Below, one piece after another: positions 12,608-22,599 of a stretch of 64,000 nucleotides of DNA (position 1 is its first letter; every line of letters starts with the position of its first letter). The notes below the pieces were generated by a model that saw only the letters and a program-made list of their open reading frames with translations, was not told the DNA's origin and did not search any database. The DNA lies in NCBI GenBank assembly GCA_965645245.1, contig OZ287071.1, forward strand, positions 1,922,001 to 1,986,000. The letters run 5' to 3'. Made by a program: the position numbers and the translations under genes. The DNA comes from Massalongia carnosa (lineage: Eukaryota).

Positions 12608-13160
12608 CGGACACGGCTATTTTCGATCTTATTTACAGCGATTGAAAGATTATAATTCGTCAAAATGCACAAATCGATGCAATCAACGACAAACGCCAGA
12701 ACACTTATTATTGAATTGCATTCACTATTTCGATGAAATTCGAAACATGAAACAAAATATCGATACTACCATCAACTTGAATATGTTGTTTAATACAAAA
12801 ATCGGAAATGAAATTTTGATTAAATTCATTGTCAATAACAAAATCGCGACAAGAAAATGGATACTAGGTCAGCTTGATGACGAGATTTTCGAAACTGGAG
12901 GTTGGGGAGAGATCGAACAGTAAAATCAGAAACGATTTATGCTGAAACATTCACGAACTTACAAAGACAAATTTTAAAATCGATATTCTTCGATTACTAT
13001 AGGTTGTTACTAACACGGAGTAAAAATGGGGAAAAATTGACAATACATAGATGGGTTATAAAGGGTTGATTTATTTGTAATATAGAAACATATCCTAAAA
13101 TAGTTTAGTGTCATAACCTTAGGTTGAATACACTTAATGAATAAATAAAAAAATAAAAAA
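12608..13160 (+). mobile_element. 5'-truncated A-type LINE 3' fragment nested in the passenger
   Basis: ORF2 C-terminus (...GGWGEIEQ), 3'UTR and A tail. TSD ACAGACATAGCT at 12596-12607 and 13161-13172. Empty site in copy 2 near 63612-63625. Confidence 0.93.
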
Positions 13161-13174
13161 ACAGACATAGCTGA

Positions 13175-14007
13175 CCCGTGTCGTACGTCTTTAGCTCTCA
13201 GCCGATGACTGCATGAAAGGACTTGAACCTTTAAGAGTATGACTGAACGTTGTTAACGAGGTCTATGAAAATCTTATTAACGAGGTCTTCGAGAACAATA
13301 TTAACGAAGTTCCGCTGAACTATTTTCATTCGTTTTGTGATCCATCGAGGTCTACCCGTGTCAAATCCACACCATGCCCGTGTCAAAATGCATCATTTTC
13401 AGCTGATGACTGCTAGAAAGGACTTGAACCTCTAAAAATATGTACGCCGATATTAACGGGGTGCAGATCTGTCTTAACGAGCCCCCGCAGAACCCTCTTC
13501 ACAGGGACGTGTTATTGATTTGTGATTGTGTTTTTTGTGACTGTGTGTTTTGTGACTGTGTGTTTTGTGACTGTGTGTTTTGTGACTGTGTGTTTTGTGA
13601 CTGTGTGTTTTTTGACTGTGTGTTTGTGACTGTATGTTTGTGACTGTGTGCTTTGTAACTGTGTGCTTTGTACAACGTGTGATTGATGACTATGTGTTTT
13701 GTGACTCTGTGTTTTCCTCGATTTTATTTAACGGGCCGGGCCTATTAAATGGGATATTGTTATTCTGCTCCGAGATGGAGTTTTCTTGAGGTGACAGCAT
13801 TCGCCCCGGTGCCTTTACGCGTTCTGTTGATCCCAGCTGATGACTGCATGGGGAGACTTGAACTCTCAGGAGCTAGAACGCGTGTCGATTGTGCCCGGGT
13901 GGGGGATGATGCGGCTCCTTTGGTCCACATCTTCTTCCAGCTGATGACTGCATGAAGGGACTTGAACCCTTAGAAGCATGGTGCAGGGACGCGCGCATTC
14001 TACCCCC
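13175..14007 (-). ncRNA. Putative structured RNA domain: four T-loop modules on long stalks
   Basis: Cores at 13195-13237, 13395-13439, 13831-13871 and 13934-13976. Covarying stems around an invariant ACTTGAA (minus strand TTCAAGT) loop. Confidence 0.6.
13521..13668 (+). repeat. 15-bp minisatellite (TGTGACTGTGTGTTT), ~10 units
   Basis: Direct inspection; ~6 degenerate units at 63173-63264 in copy 2. Confidence 0.9.
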
Positions 14008-14153
14008 CGGCGGTTGGCCTTCGTATCCTCTTCCGTACGTACGTCTGCGACGCGTGTGAACGCGTTAAATTAGCATTGTTTTGATGCGAAAAGATAGGAG
14101 CAAATCTATGTTTGTCAGTCGCTCCACGGTGAGGCCTTTGGCGTCTCCGTAGT

Positions 14154-14256
14154 GAGGACCGATAGTGTAGAAGGAGGAGGACCGATGGTGTAGAAGGAGG
14201 AGGACCGATATATAATAATGTGATAGTAAATATGATAGTAAATGTGATAGTAAATG
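14154..14256 (+). repeat. 23-bp tandem repeat (~2.4 units) followed by 12-bp tandem repeat TRTGATAGTAAA x3
   Basis: GAGGACCGATRGTGTAGAAGGAG units at 14154-14209; 12-mers at 14219-14254. Confidence 0.9.
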
Positions 14257-16239
14257 TTTCGGAATAAACATTTCAGCAACGTTTTTGATAACGTTTTGCA
14301 AATATATCGCTGATTCGTCGAATTGATTATTATTCAAAAAACTATGAACTTGTGATTCGTAGATGGTTGAATTTTTGTCTAGATACTTCGCGAATTTATT
14401 CCAATCGGCTTTATTGCAATTTTATTTATTCGATAATGCGGTTGCATGTGACGTCGAATCTTTGAAAGATGCGATTAGTTCAAATCGGATGACTTCATGA
14501 TCAAAACCTGTGACTGCGTTTTCATCGATTGACCAATTTGAAATTGCATTTTCGATTTTAGAATTTGCAAAAGTTAAATCAATAACAGATAAAGAACTTC
14601 CAGAATGGGCGTAGTATGTACATAAGTCAGGTGTGTTTATCAAGCTACACCTGTTTAATTTCAACCATTTGACAAGATTTTCTGTTCGAATTGCTTGTTG
14701 AATTTTCGAATTCCACCAGTTATGATGTGCATTGAAATCTCCACAGATGACGAATTGATCAGTTGATTTTGGTTGTAATTGGATTAAAAGTCGATCGATC
14801 GTGTATGTTTCTCGATGACTTTGACTTTTTTCGTTATAAATATTGAAAATCTTCACTTTTCGAACTTCATCAAGTGTAATTTCAATAATTTGCATATCGG
14901 AATCGTCAATAAGATCCGTTCTAGGCGTGCATTGCAGTTTGGAATTGCCATTTGTGACAAATATAGCTACTCTCGAGCGATAAGTCGCTATTTTTGGCAT
15001 AATACATGTAAATGACGGATGTGATATTGTTTTTTGATCTCGTGTCCATGGTTCCTGAAACAAAACAATATCAATTTGATTTGATAAAGCATATTCCAAA
15101 CACGATATCATTGCATTCGTTGACTTTGCACAATTATGTTGAATAAATTTAACATTTTGTGTATTTTCGATGTTTGTCAACGAATGCTGTCCTGCCATTA
15201 CAAAGCGGCTAATTCGTCAGTCGATTTTCGAACATTTAACGATATAACCATTTCACAATTTTCATCATTGGATTGATGATTCTTGTTGCAATTCGCGCAT
15301 TTGACGACGGCGTGTGCACAAGCAATTTTTGACTTGCATGTTGTGCATTCATGATTGCGTGTTTCATGGTTTTGCGCACATATGCTGCATTTCGCTTGAC
15401 TTTTGCATTGATAATGCTTGTGTCCAAATTTTTGACAATTAATGCATTGTGTGTTTAGACGAACGGAGGTAAATATTTCCGTGTCACAATGTCGGCCCGC
15501 GATATTGACTCCTTTTAACGCGTTCAAGGCCATATTTCGATCATTGAATGTCAAAACAACGGATGATTTGATCTTGTTATGACGATCACGTGCTAGCCAT
15601 CTGGGAACATCGCATAATTGCATGTTCGAATTGAACTTTTGAATTTCGTCTTGCAAATATTGCATGTTTTCATCAAATGTTGCAATATTTACACCGTGTG
15701 CGACGACTTTGAACCACGATTCGTCCTTTCGAACTGTTCGTGGGTCGAATAAATGCTCCCATATTGATTTATTGTTCAATAAATCTTCAGCAGTGTTATC
15801 AGGACTAGTAGTCAGAACGATGTTTTGACCCGTTTTGGACTTTTCGACCGTGTTAACAACGATAGTCAATTTCGCGTCTTTAAAAAGCGAATTGATTTGG
15901 TTTCGAAGCAACAGTGAATCGATATCGCCGATTTGAGCTTTCGGTGTGATTATCAATCGTCGAGATTTGATCGCCTTGAAATCGTCAGTATTATCGAATT
16001 TGTTCGCATTCGAATTATTGTTGTTGTACTTGTTTGTTTTTTTGGATCGAGGAACGGTAGTCCAATTTTCGGAATTGACAGTCGCTTTTCCGAGCATTTG
16101 GCTCCATGTTCTAGCTGTATCGTTGACCTGCGGCCCTGGGACTCCGGCGGTTTCGCTCCGAATTTCTGGGTTGACGTTTTTAGTCAAATTCGAATTTCCA
16201 TTTGAATTTCCCTTGGATTTTTTCTGTATAGGATGCACC
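14257..16239 (-). pseudogene. 5' portion of LINE X (ORF2 APE domain and ORF1 C-terminal ~345 aa), cut at the inversion junction
   Basis: ORFs 14422-15198 and 15198-16247 match A1. Resumes exactly at the TSD. Confidence 0.9.
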
Positions 16240-19200
16240 TTAAACAAATGTAGTTTGATAAATACGCCTGATCTATATACATTTTTTGCTCATTCAGGAA
16301 ACTCTTCATCTATTATTGATTTAACATTTGCAAATTCTAAAATCGAAAACGCAATTACAAATTGGTCAATCGATGAAAACGCAGTCACGGGTTCAGATCA
16401 TGAAGTTATTCGATTTGAACTTATCGCGTCTTTCAAGAACTTGACGTCACACGCAACCGCATTATCGAATAAATACAACTGCAATAAAGCCGATTGGGAT
16501 AAATTCGCGAAGTTTCTAGACGAAAATGCAGTAAACTACGAGTCCCAAATACAAAGTCTATTGAACAATTATCAATTTGATGAATCAGCGTTATATTTGC
16601 AAAACGTTATCAAAAACGCGGCTGAAATGTTTATTCCGAAGACAAAAATATGCGCAAAATCGAAAAATTGGTGGTCGCAAGATTTATCCGGACTTCGAAA
16701 AATCATGTGTAGACATCGTCGAGAATGGAAGAATAATCCGTCCTATTTTAGTCATCAAACATTTAGACATATTCGAATCGAGTACTTTCATGCAATTCGA
16801 AAAGCGAAACAGCAAACTTGGTTGGCTTTCCTCGAAAACGCAGCGAATAAAGACGTATTTACAGCTTATAAATACACTAAACCGCGCATGTTCGAAAAAA
16901 TACCACCTATTCAATATGAAAATAAGTTAAATGTTCAATTCGATCACAAATGCGATGCGTTTGTGTCAGCAATGTACACAAAAAACCCGTTCACGGATGA
17001 TAATATTGAAGATTTAACGAATCAAGACAGCGAAAATGACAACAATTGGCCGAATTTAACCGAAAATGAATTGCAAAATGCGATTAGTTTGTTTAATCCA
17101 AAGAAATCATGTGGACCTGATGCAATCAATTTCACAATAATTCAAAAATCGATTCAACCATTGAAAAACGTGTTTTTTACTATTTATTCTAAGTTTATAC
17201 AAATCGGTTTTCACCCGTTATGTTGGCGAACAGGACTCGGTGCTGTTTTAAAAAAACCTAATAAACCAGACTACTCGCTGCCAAAATCATATCGAATTAT
17301 TACCTTACTGAATTGTCTTGGTAAAATTGCGGAGAAAATAGTTGCTAATCGACTAGCCTACCTCGGCGAAAATTCGAGCTTGTTAGATACCGAACAAATG
17401 GGCGGACGGAAAAATCATTCTGCAATCGATGCGGTAATGAACGTCGTTCATGATATCGAAATCGCAAACCGAAACAAAAACGTTTTATCATGTCTATTAC
17501 TCGATGTCAAAGGAGCATTTGACTTTGTTTCGATTAATCAATTGCTAAATGTCATGAAAAAGCTGCATTTATCTCGCATAGTTATTCAATGGGTCAAGCA
17601 TTTTATGACAAAACGATCGATCAATTTGATATTCGATGAACACAAAAGCAAAACGTACTATATCGAATCTGGAATTCCACAAGGTTCACCAATTTCGCCA
17701 ATTCTATTTCTGATTTATATTCGTTACTTATTTCCGAAAATACGAATGAAATTCAATGCTCATTCACCTATTTTTTTTTATTTATTCATTAAGTGTATTC
17801 AACCTAAGGTTATGACACTAAACTATTTTAGGATATGTTTCTATATTACAAATAAATCAACCCTTTATAACCCATCTATGTATTGTCAATTTTTCCCCAT
17901 TTTTACTCCGTGTTAGTAACAACCTATAGTAATCGAAGAATATCGATTTTAAAATTTGTCTTTGTAAGTTCGTGAATGTTTCAGCATAAATCGTTTCTGA
18001 TTTTACTGTTCGATCTCTCCCCAACCTCCAGTTTCGAAAATCTCGTCATCAAGCTGACCTAGTATCCATTTTCTAGTCGCGATTTTGTTATTGACAATGA
18101 ATTTAATCAAAATGTCATTTCCGATTTTTGTATTAAACAACATATTCAAGTTGATCGTAGTATCGATGGTTTGTTTCATGTTTTGAATTTCATCGAAATA
18201 GTGAATGCAATTCAATAACAAGTGTTCTGGCGTTTGTCGTTGATTGCATCGATTTGAGCATTTTGACGAATTATAATCTTTCAATCGATGTAAATATGAT
18301 CGAAAATAGCCGTGTCCGAATTTTAATTGCATAATAGTAGCAAATATCAATTTGGAACAGTTGTTTGATAAATAATAAAATCTCGATATGCCAGGTTTCA
18401 TTTCGAATTTCTCGTAGTATTTGCCTTTTGATTTGCATTGTTGCCATTGATTCGTCCATGTGGTTAGCATATTTTGATTTATTTGATCTTTTACATAATC
18501 AAATGTTATAGCCGAGGACTCGACTAGGATTTGATTATGGCCCGTCTTTGCTATTTTGTCTGCAATTTCGTTTTCGGTAATATTCGAATGACTCGGAACC
18601 CATTGCAAAATCACCTGATAATTGCTTTCAAATAAGCGTTTTGCGAGCTTTCGAATTTGTCTTGCGAAAATATGATTTTTCAAGTTCTGAATTTCGTTTA
18701 TCGCGTTTATACTATCAGAAAAAATCCAAATCGTTTTTTCCAAGTTCGATAAAATATTAGTATTAGACAATTTATAGACCCATTTCATTGCTTGTAAAAT
18801 TGCATGCAGTTCAGCATTTTTAATGCTTGACTGTTTGCTTAATTTCCAGCTTTTCGAAATCGTATGATACTTGATCAGACAATCTTTTTCGATAAATCGA
18901 TCAAAATTATTGATAATACTACTCCAATTCCTCATAATTGGCGCAAGCTCATTCACCTAGCTTTATAGACGATGTTGCAATATATGTCGAAAATAAAACT
19001 GCCACACAGAATTGCAAAGAAATCGAAATTATCGTCAAAACAGCTTTTGATTGGGCCGCAACGAATAATGTCAAATTTGATGACGACAAATCTGAGTTGA
19101 TTCACTTCGAAAAGTCAAGAAATGCATCAAAAGACAAAGTGCAATTACCAAACGGGACAATACTAGAACCGAAAAATTCTGTCAAATGGTTAGGAGTCTG

Positions 19201-21133
19201 GTTAGACCGAAAACTAAATTACAAAAACACGTCGAAACGCGAATTGCTTCTGCAAATCGATCGTTTTTCGCAATTCAAAATTTTATGAAGTCTGAATGGG
19301 GACTAAAGCCAACTGAATGCAGACAGCTCTATTTGTCATGCATTATTCCTATTTCGGACTATGGCTCAGAAATTTGGTATAACGGTCAAAAGAAATATGA
19401 AAAGCTATTTCAGAATCTGCAAAATCGAATGATTCGAAAGATTTTAGGCACATTCAAAACCACGCCTGTTCAGGCGATGGAAATTGAATCGCATATTTTA
19501 CCAGCCAAGCTACGATTGTTGATGAAAAATCAAAAATACGCAATTCGATTATTGAAGATTGCCGAAAATAATCCTATTTGTCAAAGAATTCCCAGTACCT
19601 ATTCTGTGAAATTCGAAAACATCGGTTTTGACACTAGTTTATGGAACAACAGATATGCTGAATGGAACGAAGACGAGAAAAAATCGAGTAAACCTCATCC
19701 TAGTCAGCTTATCCGTATTCTTCATTCCGTTTCGGATATAGTTCACAAAACTGATGAATTCGAATCAGTAAATAATTTCATCAAACCATGGAAGCCGTCT
19801 TGTAAAATCAAGTTCCAAATCGAAAGATCCAAAGAAACAGCAAAGTCAAGTTATTATTCGACTTTATCAAAAATCCAATCAATAAACGCCGATAAATCGC
19901 GAATGTTACTCTATACCGATGGATCAAAAACCGAGTTTTCAACTTCCGCTGTCACATTTGCACCAATTATGCGAAATTGGAACAATTTCACCGATAACTT
20001 CAATCGTTTTATCGAAAAAGATTGTCTCCTCAAACATCATACGATTTCGAAAAGCTGGAAATTAAACAAACAGTCAAGCGTTAAAAACGCTGAACTCTAT
20101 GCGATACTACAAGCAATAAAATGGGCATACAAATTGACAATTGCGAATATTCTCTTCAATTTGGAAAAAACGATTTGGATTTTTTCCGATAGCATAAACG
20201 CGATAAACGAAATTCAGAACTTGACAAATCATACTTACGCAAAACAAATTCGAAAATTCTCGAAATACTTATTCGAAAACAATTATCAGGTGGTTCTACA
20301 ATGGATTCCTAGTCATTCGAAAATCGTCGAAAATGAAATTGCAGATAAAGCAGCAAAAGCGGGACATAGTCAAATCCTAGTCGAGTCTTCGATAATAACA
20401 TTTGATTATGTAAAGGGTCAAATAAATCGAAATATGTTAGCCACATGGGAGAATCAATGGCAACAATGCAAGTCAAAAGGCAAATACTATGAGAAATTCG
20501 AAATGCAGCCGGGCAAATCGAGTTTTTATTATCTGTCGAATAATTGTTCGAAATTAATATTTGCGACTATTATGCAAATGAAATTCGGACACGGTTATTT
20601 TCGATCATATCTGCACCGATTGAAAGATTATAATTCGTCAAAATGCACAGGGCGCTGCAACGAACGTCAAACGCCAGAACACTTATTGATGAATTGCATA
20701 CATTATTCAAATGAAATCCTAAACATGAAACAAAATATCGATACCACAATTACTTTAAAAATGTTGTTTAATACTAGGATCGGAAATAATATTTTGATTA
20801 AATATATTGTTGATAACAAAATCGCGACTAGAAAATGGATGCTAGGTCAGCTCGATGACGAAAATATCGAAACGGGAGGTTGGGGAGAGATCGAACGGTA
20901 AAATTAGAAATGATTTATGCTGGAATATTTACGAGCTTTACAAAAACAAATTGTAAAATCGATATTTCGATTACTAAAGGTTGTTACTAACACGGAGTAA
21001 AAACGGGGCAATATTGACGATAGATAGTTGGGTTATAAAGGGTTGATTTATTTGTAACATAAAACCATATCTTAAAATAGTTTAGTGTCATAACCTTAGG
21101 TTGAATACACTTAATGAATAAATAAAAAAAATA
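16240..21133 (+). mobile_element. Inverted duplicate of B1 (6027-9731)
   Basis: Same private frameshift (LNYKNTSKRELL), identical 571-aa ORF, and same poly(A)/X junction. Confidence 0.92.
17771..18946 (-). mobile_element. 5'-truncated A-type LINE (RNase H to 3' end)
   Basis: TSD GCTCATTCACCTA at 17758-17770 and 18947-18959. Empty site at ~8201-8213 in the left arm. Confidence 0.94.
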
Positions 21134-22599
21134 GTTTATTCCGAAAACGAAAATTTGTGCAAAATCGAAAAATTGGTAGTCGCAAGATTTAACTGAACTT
21201 CGAAAAACCATGTGCAGACATCGTCAAGAATGGAAGAATTATCCCTCCGATTTTAGTCATCGGACGTTTAAACATAGTCGAATCGAGTATTTTCATGCAA
21301 TTCGAAAAGCAAAACAACAAACATGGTTGACTTTTCTAGAAAATGCAGCAAATAAAGATGTATTTACCGCGTATAAATACACTAAACCGCGCATATTCGA
21401 AAAAATACCGCCGATTCTACATGAAAACAAGCTAAATGTTCAGTTTAATGACAAATGCGATGCATTTGTGTCAGAAATATATACAAAAAACCGATTTATT
21501 GACAATAATGAGGAAGATTATCAAATCAAGACAGCGAAAATGATGATAATTGGCCAGACTTGACCGAAAACGAGTTGAAAAATGCGATTAGTTAATTTAA
21601 TCCAAAGAAAGCATGTGGACCTGATGCAATCAATTTTATAATTGTTCAAAAATCGTTTCAATAGTTGAAAAACGTGTTTTTCATGATTTATTCGAAATTC
21701 ATTAGAATCGGTTATCACCCGTAATGCGGGCGACCAGGACTCGGTGCAGTTCTGAAAAAACCTAATAAATCAGACTATTCGTTTCCAAAATCATATCGAA
21801 TTATCACATTACTAAATTGTCTTGGTAAAATTGCTGAGAAAATCGTTGCAAATCGACTAGCCTACTTCGGCGAAAATTCGAATTTACTCGATATCGAACA
21901 GATGGGCGGACGCAAAAATCATTCTGCAATTGACGCAGTAATAAACGTTGTTCATGATATAGAAATTGCAAATAGAAATAAAAACGTCTTATCATGTCTA
22001 TTACTCGATGTCAAAGGCGCATTTGACTTTGTCTCGATTAATCAACTGCTAAATGTTATGAAAAAGCTGAAATTTTCTCGCATAATAATTCAATGGGTCA
22101 AGCATTTCATGACAAAACGATCGATCAAATTGATATTTGATGAAAATTTAAGCAAAACATATTATGTCAAATCAGGAATTCCACAAGGCTCACCAATCTC
22201 GCCTATTCTATTTCTGATTTACATTCGTCACTTGTTTCCGAAAATACGAATGAAATTCAATGCACATTCTCCCAGTTTTATTGACGATGTTGCAATATAT
22301 GTCGAAAATATAACTGCAAAACAGAATTGCAAAGAAATCGAAATCATAGTCGAAACGGCCTTTGTTTTTTTTATTTATTTATTCATTAAGTGTATTCAAC
22401 CTAAGGTTATGACACTAAACTATTTTAGGATATGTTTCTATATTACAAACAAATCAACCCTTTATAACCCATCTATGTATTGTCAATTTTTCCCCATTTT
22501 TACTCCGTGTTAGTAACAACCTATAGTAATCGAAGAATATCGATTTTAAAATTTGTCTTTGTAAGTTCGTGAATGTTTCAGCATAAATCGTTTCTGATT

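Larger units (their letters stand above)
6027..14256 (-). mobile_element. Composite retro-insertion: non-coding passenger fused 5' to a truncated B LINE
   Basis: A single 13-bp TSD TTTCGGAATAAAC at 6014-6026 and 14257-14269 brackets both parts. Poly(A) end at 6027. Confidence 0.85.
11807..14256 (-). mobile_element. Non-coding, non-autonomous passenger element, copy 1 (~1885 bp excluding the nested LINE fragment)
   Basis: No credible ORF and more GC-rich than the LINEs. Reverse-complement homologue at 62540-64000. Confidence 0.8.

Noticed and set aside
13440..13643. Cys-rich CDCVF-repeat peptide
   Set aside because: Translation of the 15-bp minisatellite; the repeat frame is not maintained in copy 2.
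13200..13971. Hammerhead ribozyme (CTGATGA...GAAA) on the plus strand
   Set aside because: The would-be GAAA is GGGG and GAAG in modules 3 and 4 and covaries as part of a stem. Stem II is absent, module 1 has CCGATGA, and wobble polarity favours the other strand.
13934..14020. tRNA genes or a classical tRNA-derived SINE head
   Set aside because: Only the T-arm is present. There is no acceptor-stem partner at the right distance, no D or anticodon arms, and no convincing A box.
15946..17916. 656-aa ORF with a hydrophobic N-terminus
   Set aside because: Accidental fusion of antisense ORF1, duplicated B ORF2 and an antisense 3'UTR across rearrangement junctions.
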